Part shown: piece after piece, positions 13,385 through 28,430 of the stretch | Numbering within the stretch: the stretch's first letter is position 1 | Layout of the letters: each line of letters begins with the position of its first letter | Assembly (NCBI RefSeq): GCF_009914755.1 | Contig: NC_060926.1 | DNA length: 64,000 nucleotides | Strand: one strand, 5' to 3' | Origin: the human T2T-CHM13v2.0 reference genome, Homo sapiens | Notes under the pieces: model-generated | What the model saw: only the letters and a program-made list of their open reading frames with translations | The model's database searches: none | What the model was told of the DNA's origin: nothing | Made by a program: the position numbers and the translations under genes

Positions 13385-16089
13385 GTAGGTGGGCCGGGCC
13401 GGGCAGGAGGCGACGCGGCCGCCGCGGGGGCCGGGGCCGGGGACGGACAGCGGGCGCGGGGGCGCGTCCAGGTCCCCGCTGGGGCGGATGTGGACGGCGC
13501 CCGCGGTTTTCATGGAAATTGCACTGCCTAACGGTGCCAGTGGTCCACCTGCGGTGGCGTCTTTTGAGAACAATCCGAGCCCGGCCGACCCCCAGCCCCG
13601 TGAAGACGCGGCCGCCCCAGCAGGGAGCCGGGTGCCGAGCGGGCGCGTGGCCGCGGGACGCAGACGCGGCGCCTGCCCGATGCGGCTCCAGGGCTGGGTC
13701 TACGGGCTCCTGAAGCTGGAGGCCTTGCCGTGTTTGGGGTGGAAACATAACCGGGTGAAAGTAAACATGCATCTCCGTGTGGGAAATCTGGTCTCCATCC
13801 TCGAAACTCTTCCATTTTCTGCCTGCCTTTAGACCCCGACAACATTTCTAGCATCTTTGCTTTCTATATTTTATTTCTCTCTGGCTTTGCTAGTCAATTA
13901 ATTGAGGCCTGAGAAATGTGCAGGGATCTGTGGCTGTCTCTTGAAAAGCCAGCCAGGAATGGGTAGGCCCCAGAAGACAGACGTTCAAAATGTCAGAGGT
14001 AAATTTGTGTCTTTGTGGGCGAAGGAAGGGAATGTTGATGGTCTCGCTTCCCTTCCCCTGTCGCCTGCCCTCTGACATTACATAATGATGGGTTCTTCCT
14101 GCCCCGAGTTCATCCGTAATGACAGACCATGAAAATGTTCCTCTGGGTAAGAAAGACCTATATGTGGTAGAGCCCATCTTCTCTTTTGCTTTGCCACTGA
14201 ATGTGTCTTGTGTTGGGAACCTGCCTAAGAGTGGAATTTGATTTGTCGCCTGCCCCTCAGGGCATTTAAACCAAGGGAATGGGGGTGGGGTGGCGATTTG
14301 GGTGTTGCAGAGAAATTCTGACTGGTCCATCTGTTCACAGTGGGTTGTGTGGACCATGGGGAAGCCAGTGGGGTTGAGGACAGAGTGGGTTGACTTCGGT
14401 GTGAATCATGGTTCTGCCGCTTGCTGACTCTGGTTCTTATCTCTAAAAGGTGAGAGCAGAGCCTTTTTTGCTGAGTTTGTTTTGGAATCTAGCTGCTGTT
14501 GGCGTTGGCCAGTGCACGTAGAATTGCTTGCTATAGGTTGTCCTAGAATTGAGCCTAATTTTTCTTTGGTTGAAAAACACACTTTCTTTAACGGAAATTT
14601 TGTTTTTGGATCTAGGCTAGGGCATTTGTTTTGGGGGTTCTTTGCTGAAGTGTCGACTGCTAATGTACTGTTTTCTTTGAAGAAAGATGAATGATGGGGC
14701 CCATGTAAGAAGGGCAGTGTGGTTGGTCTGTTGCAGGAGTGGTGCCAGGAGGCCGTGATGCTGTCTGTCCCAGGGGTGGCGTTGCATGTGAACGGGCCTC
14801 TCGGTGCCTCATTCCCTGTGATGTCTAGTAAACACGCCTGTGAAGCCAGAGCTGCTTGGTAGAGTTTGGCTTGAAGAAAAGGCTTAAAGAAATGGATGTG
14901 GACAAATTCAAAGAGAAAGAAACATTGTGTTTCTACTGAGCTCCTTATAGAATTAGTCTGCTTACCTGGCCACCTTACTCATCAAGTAGCTACTTTTTTC
15001 ATTTAGATTATTCTGTCTCAGGGTGTTTAATCTGCTTGGGTAAGTCTTGTTTCCCAACTAGATTCAGAACCAAGGGCAGATATTATAGTGCCTCCCTGTT
15101 TTCAAAACTGGATATTTTGTAGTATTGCTGTTAAACTGAATATTAGCGTTTTTAAAAAAAAAATCACTTTAAGGAAGGATGAAATAAAATAATACACGAG
15201 AGCTATTTGTAAACTGTAGAGCACTAGAAAAATGGGATGTGTATGACAGAGAACTATCAGCCCTGCAAGTCCCTTTAACCAGCTGCCTGCCTAAGAGGGA
15301 GCGTTCTCAGCCAACATCTCTTCAAATGCACACGGGAATGGACCTGAAGGCGGTGTGGGACCGACTGCCCCACTGATCCCCAGCCCAGGGCTTAACATCT
15401 CAAGAGTTCAGTGAGGCAGAGTGGAGGGGGAGGCTTTCCACCAAGACTGTTTCATCCTGTTTTCGTTTTTAAATGAAAAGCTCCTTTTTAGTTTAGTATT
15501 CCAGAAAAGTTGCCACAACATCATCAACTACTCATGGTGTCAGGAGGCTTTGACTTTCACTGAGAAAAAAATAGCACAAATCTGCAGCGAAAAAGGCTTG
15601 ATTATGTTGGTGCTTCTGTAGAACTTGATTAATGAGCTGGTCTTGAGAGAGCCTTCGAAACGGCTTTTTTTTTTCAGTGTCCTAAAACAGAAGTTCTGTG
15701 AGGAAAACATATTTTGAGGAGACCAATATTAACGCCCATGCAGGCTTGCTTCATTTTGTCTCTGTGTTTTTAAGGAAAATACCATCATGAAGCTAATCCC
15801 AGGGAATTTACCTATATTTCTATTCATATGCACATGTTATTCTCTAATTTTTTTTTTTTAGTATTATGATATAGTTTCAGACTTACAGAAAAGTTGCAAG
15901 AATAAGCCAAAGGTTTCTCAGATTCTCCAAATGTGGACATTCTGTTACACTGCTTTATCATTCTCTTGTATTCCTGTGTGTTACTACTTTTTCCTGAACT
16001 GCTTAATAGTAAGTTGCAGGCTTGAGGCCCTTTTACCTCTAAATACTTCACTGTGTATTTCCCAAAAAACAAGGATATTCATAACAGCA

Positions 16090-16670
<581 letters not shown>

Positions 16671-16984
16671 TCATGAAATTAATGTTGATATAACACTATT
16701 TAGTGTACAGGTCGTATTTAGATTTTGTCAATTGCTTCGATAATGTCCTTTATAGCAAAAGAAAATCCTAGATCATCTGTTTTGCATTAAGTTTTTCTGT
16801 CTCTGTAGTGTCCTTTAATCTGAAAGTTACCACGTCTTTCTTTTGTATTTCACGACATAGACATATTTGAAGACTACTGACTTTTTAAGATAATGCCCTC
16901 AATTGGGTTTCCTGTGGTTTCATGATTAGATTCAGGTTATGCACTTCTGGCGGGAGTAGCACAAGGTTGAAGCAGTTGTAGTCT

Positions 16985-17294
16985 TCTTTTCTCTCTCTCT
17001 CTTTTTTTTTTTTTTTTTTTAAAAGAGACAAGGTCTCCCTTCGTTGGAGTGCAGTGGTGCCATGGCAGCTCACTACAGCTTGGACCTACTCCACTCAGTG
17101 ATCCTTCTGCTTTAGCCTCCTGAGTAGCTGGACTATAGGTGTGTGCCATTGCACCTGGCCAATTTTTAAATATTTTATAGGGGCTGGATCTCACACTGTG
17201 TTGCCCAGGCTGGTCTCAGACTCCTACTCTCGCCATCCTCCTGCGTTGGCCGACCACAGTGCTGAGTTTACAGGCGTGAGCCACTGTGCCCGAC
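16985..17294 (-). mobile_element. Alu (AluJ)
   Basis: Diverged dimer with T tail. Confidence 0.85.
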
Positions 17295-18774
17295 TAATGC
17301 TGCAGCCTTCTTAATGTATCCCATCAGGAGGCATATGCTGTGATTATCCCATTCTCTGGCCCTGCTAACTTTGATCACTTGAATTAAGGTGGTGTCTATC
17401 TCATGGAAAAGTTACCATTTTTCCCTTTGTAGTTAATCTGTGTCTTAAAGGAAGAGAATTTGAGACTATGTAAATATAGTTACTGCTCATACAATTAACT
17501 GACTAGTTTCAGAATTCATTGATGTTTCTTACCTGAGTCAATTATTATGATAGTAGGCAGATGATGATTTTCATGGTTCCTTCTATATTTATTAGTTGGA
17601 ACTGTACTGAAAGGAAGAAACCTTCCTTTCTCTATTATTTACTTTTTGATTTACATCACTGGACTCATGAATTCTTGCTTTATTCAATAGATTATAGTCC
17701 ATTACTCCCATTATGCATTTTGTTGCTCAAATTATCCTAGATTTGGCCAGTGGGAGTCCCTTCAGTCTGGCTTTTGTGTCCTTTTGACAAGTGCTCATCA
17801 TTCTTTGAGGACTTTTCTTCCAGGCACAAAATCTTCAAGGACTCAGCTTATACTTTCCTTGTCCCAGCCCTGGAATCAGCCATTTCTCCAAAGAGTCCTG
17901 GTTTCCTTTAGTGGAGAGTGGTATAAAAACCGAGATGTAGGCACTATGTATTCTCGTTGCTACTGAGGTGTCACCCATTCTAGACCTTCTCAGGGGATAG
18001 ATGCTCTCATTGTAAACATAAATGTAGTCACATTACACAAAATTTTCTGTGGCTTGCTTTTTAAATTTGTACTCCTTCCATTAGGCTTTGAAACTGTCTG
18101 TTTCCCTTTAACTTGGCCAACATTTAAGAGAATAAATCTTGTTAATTTTGCCAATCTAATGGGCAAGGAAGACATTATTGTTTTAATTGCATTTCCCAAA
18201 TTACCAAAAATATTGGATACCTTTTCTTGTTAATGTATATTTTAACTTCTAATGAATTACCTGTTTATATCCTTTGTTCATTTTTTCTTGTTGGGCTGTT
18301 TTTCCTTATCTTACTAGATTGTGGAAGTTACGGTAACTTTGAATTTTATTCTTGGCAGCTTTAGAATGTTTTTTTAAGTGTGATGCTTTTTTAATTTTTT
18401 TTTAAAGTCCTAAATGACAAGGAACCCAAGCTTTTCTGAGTACCCCCTGCATGCCAGGCCTCCCTGGACATCCTGTGGGAGGTTCTGTCCAAAGGTGAGC
18501 TGTGGTGTTGAGGAGTGGTTAGAGCATCCCCCGAGGGTAGTTAAAAGAGGCTCAACTGGGACTAAAACCCAGTTATATCACCTAACTTCCTTCACAGGAT
18601 TGAAAAATGAAAGCTTTTCAATGAGGGATAAAAATTGATTACCTGGATTTGCCAGTGTCAACAATTTCTGTTTTCAGTATTTTGGTTTATAAATCAGGAA
18701 TTTCTTTTACACAGTCCTTTTTGCTGAGCATACACATCTTTCGAAACCATTTATTTTATCCCTAGAACTATTGT

Positions 18775-18955
18775 GGACTCTGGTGCTGCACTTTCTGTGA
18801 GCATCCAGCTAGCTGTGTGACTTTGGGCAAGTGGCTTAATCTTTCTGTGCCTCAGTTATTTCATCCACAAAACTGGGCTGCTGGTAGTAGCAGCCCCAGA
18901 GGCTTGTTGGGGGATTAAATGAATTAACATTTAATCCTGGTGCCTAGTAAGTGTG
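18775..18955 (+). mobile_element. MIR
   Basis: Core CTAGCTGTGTGACTTTGGGCAAGTGGCTTAATCTTTCTGTGCCTCAGT. Confidence 0.78.
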
Positions 18956-19064
18956 CAGAACGGAAGCATTACAATGGATTCGTATACAGAGTGTGGGTGG
19001 TTGGCAGAGCTTGGAATTAGATCAGCCTTTCCTCTGTGGATTTAATCTCTTAGTTGTCTCTTTC

Positions 19065-19364
<300 letters not shown>

Positions 19365-20562
19365 TAGCTGTCCCTTTCACCATAGCCTGTCTGGGATTGG
19401 AAAGCCAGGGTCCTGGGTGCAGTGTGCATGTCTCTTTCTGGTCTTTGCACATACCTTTGTCATGCCCTATCAGGCTGTCAGGCCCAGGCCTGCCAGCCAG
19501 CCAGCCCAGCTGGCCTCTGGTGTTTGCCCACAGCCCTAACCTGGAGCATGGGTGAGACTGCTGGCCTTTTAATATGAAACTTGTTCAGTGAGGCTCACCT
19601 GGCGAGGGACTTAGGCACAGTAAGCAGATGTATATGGTGGGGGCAGTGGGGGGATCATGCTCTGGTGAGGTCTATTTTCTGGAATAGGGTCAGGAAGACA
19701 GGGATGTCCTCTGATGTCCAGGAAGAAGGGTGGGGACCTCTGAAAGAGGAAAGTGTTTACCCGCTGCCAGCTCCGGTCCTGGGATCCTCCTAGAGCGCTT
19801 TCCCTGAGACACCTGGTAGTTTTCCTGACCTCCGGTTGCTGCAGCGCCCCTCTTTTTGCACCTCACTAGGTGGTATTCTGATGTCTCCTGAAAACCCCCT
19901 GCCCCTTTCCTGCCCCTCCCATAGCCCTCACGCAGGTGGTGTCAGCTGCTGTTATGGAAGCTGTCTATTATTAATTCACCCTAGCATATTGAACGCCCTT
20001 CTTTCCCTCTCTCATGTTGCTTGCATCTCTAAATGGTGTATTCTCAAACCAATTAATTTGAATTTTCAAGAAGGATGACCTAAGTGTATAAACTCTGGAA
20101 ATGTGAAGGAAGTATTTAGGCAGATGGTTGTTTCTGGGAAACAGGGCTCTACTAGGAAACAAGGATGCCCAGTTCAAGCTTCTCCCTGGATTATGGGGTG
20201 TGTCAGTTGGGATGCTTTTGGTTGCCAACAGTGACATTTATTATCTCAGAGAACTGGAGTCTCCATCAGCATGTCAGCAGTTTCATCAAGGACCTCGATT
20301 CTGCTCCTCTGTCCAGCCATCACTGCCGGTTTCATCCTAGGGGGTTAGTCTCCTCATGATTCTGAGATGGTCGTTGGGGGCAGTGGGACTGCGTGCTTCC
20401 TTGTTCCTGTCCAGCAGGAGCAGGGAAGGAGACAAAGCAGCTGATTCCCCAGCCACAGTGTCTACCAGTCCTTCCCTCTGGCCTGTGGAGCAAAGGGTCA
20501 CGTGGCCTTCCCTGGACCAGCAACATGAGGCTGTGAGAGTGCTGTGTGCTGGTTGGCTTAGG

Positions 20563-20748
20563 CTGGTGGTCCTCCAGGTGTGGTCCTCAGACCAGTAGCA
20601 TCAGCATTACCTGAGAACTTGTTAGAACTGGAGATTAGTGGATCCTACCCCACCCACTGAATCAGAAACTCTGGGATGGGGCCCAGAAAGCTGTGCTTTA
20701 AGAAGACTTCCAGGTGATTCTGATGCAAGGTCACATTGGAGAACAGCT
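20563..20748. mobile_element. MER5A, probably inside an old MaLR (MLT1-like) LTR spanning ~20200-20810
   Basis: GTGTGGTCC...AGCATCAGCATTACCTGAGAACTTGTTAGAA...CTGAATCAGAAACTCTGGG...AGGTGATTCTGATGCA. Confidence 0.75.
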
Positions 20749-21608
20749 CTTTTAGTTTAATCAAGACTCCCCTACTCCCCAGCTGGAGACAGGGCTGACT
20801 TTTCCTGAGGACCGGGGAGGAGGTTAGGTCCTAGAATAGCAAGAAGGAAGAGAGGATGGTGGGTGGCCAGCCCACAGTGTGAACTAGCCAGTGTTTACGG
20901 CCCTGGGGGCCGCTTTGCTCTCCGGAGTCCTTCCCCTGCCCCCCATTCGCCAGCTTGTCCACCCATATAAGTTTCTCAGCCCCCTTGCCTCAAGCTTCTC
21001 CAGCTCCTCCAAGCATGGCCTGTACTCTCCCTGTACAACTCGGTGCTAAAGGAAGCAACCTCAGTAACACTCCAGCTCCAGGTCCCTCTCTGGCCTAGCA
21101 GGGATGGAGTCTACCTGGCTGGTGCTGAAGAGTCCCAAAGAGCTGTTATGACTCACCTTCTGAAGCCATTCCTGAAGTGTGTTCATTTGTGTAGGGGTTG
21201 CCTACGCTGCTACTCCTTGCTCAGCTAGGAAAAAAGAGCAGTGCAGTTAGTAGGTGCTTGAGAAATATTTAGGGAATTGGCCTGGAGACAGCCCAAGTGA
21301 CTACTTTCAGTGGTGATTTTTACCTGTGTTATGTCCCCTTTTTTGCAAGTACAACTCCAACTTGATGTTTGGGTGAAATAAATAGCCACCTCCACGGTGT
21401 AATTTGTGAGATCACAATGACCCACTTTTCCGAATTTTTCCTGAAACTAAAGAGTTGAGATATTTCTGGGTTTTCAGCTTTAAAGATTCATCTTAATACA
21501 TAAAAATAACGTTTAGGAGTAGTCTTGCACTGAGCTCTAACCACATTAGCACTAATTATTGCGGAAGGAAGGGCACCTGAGGAGGAAACATGCTAGAGAA
21601 GGGTCCAC

Positions 21609-21827
21609 ACAGCATGTTTCAAAATGCAATGGTTCATGAAATCAGTTTGAGGTTGTAACTGGCATTAAAAAGCTTTTTGAAATAGCAAATATCCAAGTAC
21701 GTTTCCTATGGGAAGGATAAGCATTTTTTGGTAAAACATCTAGTTATTCACATGTAGTGTATTTGGGGTGTTGTTATGGTGTGACTGTTTCTTAGAGTGG
21801 ATTTTGGTAAAGATGTGTCAAACCCTA
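21609..21827. mobile_element. Old hAT-Charlie MITE (MER112-like)
   Basis: Weak resemblance to recalled consensus (GGTTCATGAAATCAGTTT, AAGGATAAGCATT). Highly diverged. Confidence 0.35.
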
Positions 21828-21996
21828 GGGCTGAGTGCAGGGGGTCCTAACCTGTAGGAAGGTGGGGCCTACGCTGGATGTGTATACACTTGGGGTCTTT
21901 TCCTGGGCGTGCGACCTGTGACTTTTGTCAGAACCTGGTGGTCTGTGACTCGCCATAGATCAAGAACCAATGACCTAAAACCAGAGGAGACTTTCA

Positions 21997-22587
<591 letters not shown>

Positions 22588-23349
22588 TTAGAGTCAGCTA
22601 TGATCCCCATTATTTAATGCAGGCGCTAGTCTGGTTTGTATCACAAAGCTTATGTAGTAGTGGCTTTGGCATGTCTGTGTTTGTTTTTTGGGGGTAGGGG
22701 CAAGTTGGATTGTAGTGCTGGATGTGAACCCGAGTCAGCTTTCTCATCTGTAAAATGGGGAAGGTGCTAGGCTCACAGGAGGGTGGTGGGGATTGATAAT
22801 ATACATAGGAGAGGGCTGTGAACTGCAGTGCACTGGACCGGTGCAAACATGAATGTTTCGACCCCTGCTCCACTTGACAGTCTTGGTAACTGTTTTCCCC
22901 ACAGTACTCTTATTTTTCACATGTGCTCAAAGGGCTGGAGTACACCCTATTGTTGACTCCTGCTCAGGGTACCTTCCAGGGGAAATATCACAGAAGAGGG
23001 AGGTGCTGAGAGGCAGGGACATCCAGCGAAGTTGAGAGGAGAAGGATGTGGGCGGGGGGTGGGAGGAGGAAGTGGAGGGCTTGCACTCTGTAAACTCTTA
23101 GTCAGCTGGTCACTGACCCAACTGAGCCTTTTACTGACACTGTTTTTTTAAAGAATGGAAGGACTAAGGATTGTATGAGCTGAAATGTTGAGTATTTTCA
23201 CATTTCTTATTCATTCTTCGTGCTCTGTGTATACAAATGTTAAATGATCACATTACATAATTGGGTGATACTCAAATGGCAATACAGTGGTATGTTTGAC
23301 AGAACCCAATGTTTTAAAATAGGGCTAGGTGCCAAGAAATGTCAGGATA

Positions 23350-23651
<302 letters not shown>

Positions 23652-24624
23652 GATACCCCAGAATCTTCCAAATATTGTCATTCCTATGGTTTGGAAGAGG
23701 GGAGTGAGTAAATGGATTGGCCTTAGGGACGACACCTTGCTGGTAGACTGTGCCCACCTCAGGTAGAAGGGAAGCGCTAGCAGTCTCATTTGTGGTTTGT
23801 CCCCAACTTGCCAGTGACTTGGTGAAGTCATGCCTGAATCTCACCCTCCTCCTTTCTTGTTCATCTAGTGAAGGTGATTTCCTTTGTTCCTCCCCCGTCG
23901 AATCCTCCCTGACAGTGGAATGGAGTGGTGATAGTGCCCAGGGGCTACATGGGTGAAGTGTGGTATGTTCTTGATTTAGTTGGCATTGGACTAAGACACA
24001 CACACACATACAAGTGTCTATTTAGGGAAGTTGTTCTTTGGTCTGTTGCCTTGGAAATACTGCCTTTTTATTCTTTCACTTTCTCTCCCCTCTGCAGTGA
24101 TTCAGCAGTAGCTTTCTAGAGAAGAAGAAACATAGTGTCAGAGACCCTGGAGTACCAAGGATATGTCAGTGGAGAGGGAAGCTGCCTGTGTGTCACACAG
24201 ACCACATTCTTCCTGGTCCAGCTAGAGCGTCCCGTGCCTTTCCTTGGCTTTTCCAGCCTCTCTCCATCACTCCTTCTGAGGCCCTTTGCAGACAGTCCCC
24301 CAGTACAACTACAGCATTTTTGTAAGTCCAGCCCTTGTCATTTTCCCATTGACTGATGGAGACCACTTGACTCCAGCATACTTTATGCACACTTATCTTC
24401 TGGTTCAGGTCTGGACTGTCTTTCTCTTTCTGGCAGCTTTCTTTCCTGTTAGCCATTCCTGACTTGTTTCAAAAAGGATACATGGACTTGAAATTACCAG
24501 TTAAAGCAGAAAATGATTAAAAAGAAAAAAAGGGCTTCAAATGTCAAATGGATACAACTATATAAGTTGTAGAAGGTGCTCTGAACACGTTACAGGGAGG
24601 TTGCCATTGCTAAAAGCTTTTACA

Positions 24625-24932
24625 TTTTTTATTTATTTATTTTTAGAGACAGAGTCTTGCTGTGTTGCCCAGGCTGGAGTGCAGTGGTGTGATCATAGCT
24701 CACTGTAGCCTTGACCTCCTGGGCTCAAGCATCCTCCTGCCTCAGCCTCCCAAGTAGCAATGACTGCATGCGTGTGCCACCACACTTGGCTAATTTTTAA
24801 TTTTAATTTTTTCTAGAGACTGGGTCTTGTTGTGTTGCTCAGGCTGGTCTTGAACTCCGGGCATCAAGCAATCCTCCTGCCTCAGCCTCCCAAATTGCTG
24901 GGATTACAGGGCATGAGCCACTGTACCCAGCT
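24625..24932 (-). mobile_element. Alu (AluJ)
   Basis: TSD CTTTTACATTTTT / CTTTTACGTTTTT. Confidence 0.9.
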
Positions 24933-25554
24933 ACTTTTACGTTTTTCATTCTCACCCCTTTCTTCTGGAAACACTGCAGAGACCATGAGAACAGGAGCTT
25001 GTCTTACTTGATAGTGCAAACAGTCTTACAAATAGTGTTCAACCATCGATTGCCCAAAACACGTGTTTTGTGACTATTATTGTAGGTGCCTTTGAACTGT
25101 ATGGTGTGTTAAATAACTCCATTGGAGGGAGGAAGATCTTTGTGTTTTGAGTTGATTATTTAATTATTCTTTAATTAGTCTAATGTCTTTACCAAGCTAG
25201 ATATTAATATCTTTTGTCAAAGAGAGAAGAAAGCCAGTGGATGGGTTGTGAAGTGGTGAGGGGCCACTTCACAAATGGTGAGTGGGTGGGTTTTTATTTC
25301 CAGCAGTGTCACTGGAAACAACTTTGTACCAACTTGCATGGTAAGGAGCATTCAGGTTTTAAAGTTAATCTCATTCAGTTTCTCCTGTGGGACAACATTG
25401 GCCTTTCTCATTGGGGATTTGACTGTTGGGCCTTGTCCCTGGGTATGTCCCAGCCCAGACACTCAGGGCACTGGCCACCCTGCCTCAGCCCCTCTGGAGC
25501 AAAGAGAGTTTTAAGCAGTAGTGGATGTAACTCATTTAAAATAGGATTAGATCT

Positions 25555-25704
25555 AGCTGGGTTAGCTTAGTGGCATGCACCTGGTGAGGCTGTATTCTCT
25601 AGCTACTTGGGAGACCGAGGCAGGAGGATTGCATGAGCCCAGGAGTTTGATACCAGCCTGGTCGGTATAGTGAGACCAGCCTGTCTCAAACAAACAAACA
25701 AAAA
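25555..25704 (+). mobile_element. FLAM monomer
   Basis: Single left-arm monomer with (CAAA)n tail. AAATAGGATTA upstream and AAACAGGATTA downstream. Confidence 0.75.
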
Positions 25705-26078
25705 CAGGATTACATGAGCTATGACTAAATTCCAGGGCAGTAACTGCTGTGTCATTCTTTGGGAACTGGTCATCCCAGGATTTGATCAGTGTTTCATATC
25801 ATAGGTTGGCTGTTTTGTAAACTATTAGGATTGTACCAGTGTTTGTCATGGGAACTAGCAGCCTGTGACGTAGACTGTGAACCTAACTTAATTGACTACT
25901 GTAATGAATACAAACAGTTGCTATTTTTACCTCAGAACGTAGATTTGTCTGCAAATTAAACATTTGAGACAATAAACAGGAGTTTGGTTTATTAAAGCTG
26001 TTTGAGCTTGCTACTTAGGCAGGCCTAGAAATAGGATTGGCTAGCTTTTTCTGATTATGTAGATGTTGACTATATTAG

Positions 26079-26650
<572 letters not shown>

Positions 26651-27959
26651 TCATCAAATAGCCCTTTCTCACCTTCTCTACCCTGGGAGTGGCTACGGAT
26701 AGGCAGCAACTGAACACAACACGTTTCCTGGTACCCAAGATGAATCATTGCTGCCTGTGATGCCTGAGCCTAGTGATTATCTTCCAGATTGTTTTGCTAG
26801 CCAGTTCTTTCTCCATAAAAACATTCAGATTTTTTTTCCTCTTTGAGAGTGGAGTATTTTACTTGAGGGAGCTGACCACCGAACTTCATAGAAATGCCTT
26901 CCTGCCCCTTCATGGCTGTGCTGTTCTGTGTGTTTTTTGGGGCTTGCTTTCCCATTCTGCTGGTATCCTGGGTGAGACTCTGGCCCAATGAATGGGATGC
27001 TGCACATTTTTTTTCCAGGAGAAACAAAAGGTGTTGGGACCCCTAAGTATGCAGCATGTATGCAGAGAGTGAGGCATGGCCAGGGGGGAAGTGGCTCTGA
27101 TTTCCACATTGCATCTCCAGACCTTAAGCGGGTAGGCAGCATCGGCGGATCATGGCAGGGAGAGAAGTACAGCGGAGGCGAAGTTCTCAAAGCATGGCTG
27201 ACTGTGGAAGGTGGCTCTCAGCACACTCTTTGTGGCCCGCTAACACCCGTCAGGATGGTAGCCACCACACGCCCAAAGGCACCCGAAGTGCTTGATTTTG
27301 ACTGACTTTTACCACATTTGCCACCAGTGTGATTGGAGCATTCATGGAGCACAGAATATGACACCAAGTCAGGATTGCATAGTGCTCAGGCAGAGCTTTG
27401 TCCTTCGGAAATGCCGCTCACTCATGAGACAAGATGGATAGTTCAGGTCTGGACTGGCCCAGGAGTGGGAGTGACACTGAGTAGACCTCGGCCAGGGGCT
27501 TGCCCCTAAACCAGTGGTCCCTGCACCTGGGAAAATCAGCACTCTGATTGCCTCACCTGGTTTCCCGCCCACTCCTCCCTACCCTGGTTGAGTGGCCTAA
27601 GGGAGGGTAGAGTTCAGGGAGCTATTAGGAGGAAGGGGGTCGCTGCTCAGTAGCCAAAAGGAAAAACAACATGAAAGTAAGAAAGTCTACCAGGACACCC
27701 TGGAGGGCTGGCGTGCAGAGTGCTGAGGGGGACACCTGTGTCCGTGTTTGGGAGGCCCTCTTACCCTCTCCTCCTTGGTGTGCAACTGGTTAATAGTAAT
27801 TCCTTGAGGGTCTGGAGAAGTTGCTCAAGTGTTAGATTCTACTTTACTGCATGCTACAGGGGCATTGTGTCCCACAATGGCATTCACAGTGTGAAGATTG
27901 CCAGAGTTCTCTATGGACACACCCTGCGAACATCATGGATCTGGGCTGTCATAAGACTT

Positions 27960-28078
27960 AAGCATCCTTCAGGGCAGGGACAATAGCTTGGTTTTCTTTG
28001 TAGGTCCAGAGTGCCCCACTGTGCCTGGCACAAAATAGGCATATAATCAATGTTTGTTGAGTGAACGAATGAATAAAG
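27960..28078 (+). mobile_element. L2 3' end
   Basis: AGGGCAGGGAC...GTGCCTGGCACA...AATGTTTGTTGAGTGAACGAATGAAT, the L2 terminal motif. Confidence 0.75.
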
Positions 28079-28394
28079 CTAGTCTGTCCTTGTCAAAGTA
28101 GCAAGAAAAGCCTCAGCCTCTCTTGGGAAGACAGCCTGCTTCCCTGAGGTCAAGTTGAGGTTCAGTCTAACTGAGGAGAAGGAGGGGAGACCAGAATCCA
28201 CTGCACAGCTGCTGCCCCAGTAAGTTCTCAGGGAGAAACCAGAACTGTCAGTTTGCTGAGTCAAAGGCAGAAGCCTGTTCTCAGCAGTGACCTTTTTTAT
28301 CCTTGGCACACAAGCCCTTTTGTCCAGGTGGCTGGAACCTAGGTCTGCTTCCACTTCTCTGGGTGAGAAGGTGCCACACCTTTGGGTTTGGTCA

Positions 28395-28396
<2 letters not shown>

Positions 28397-28426
<30 letters not shown>
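28397..28426. repeat. (GT)15 microsatellite
   Basis: Direct read. Confidence 0.95.

Positions 28427-28430
<4 letters not shown>

Larger units (their letters stand above)
12820..13780. promoter_or_regulatory. CpG-island promoter
   Basis: Very high GC and CpG density against a CpG-depleted background. TATA-less. Confidence 0.93.

Noticed and set aside
12565-13854. Several long overlapping ORFs (108-282 aa) across the CpG island
   Set aside because: Arg/Pro/Gly/Ala-rich translations on both strands are expected from stop-poor GC-rich DNA. No domain is recognisable, and the + frames run through a splice donor.
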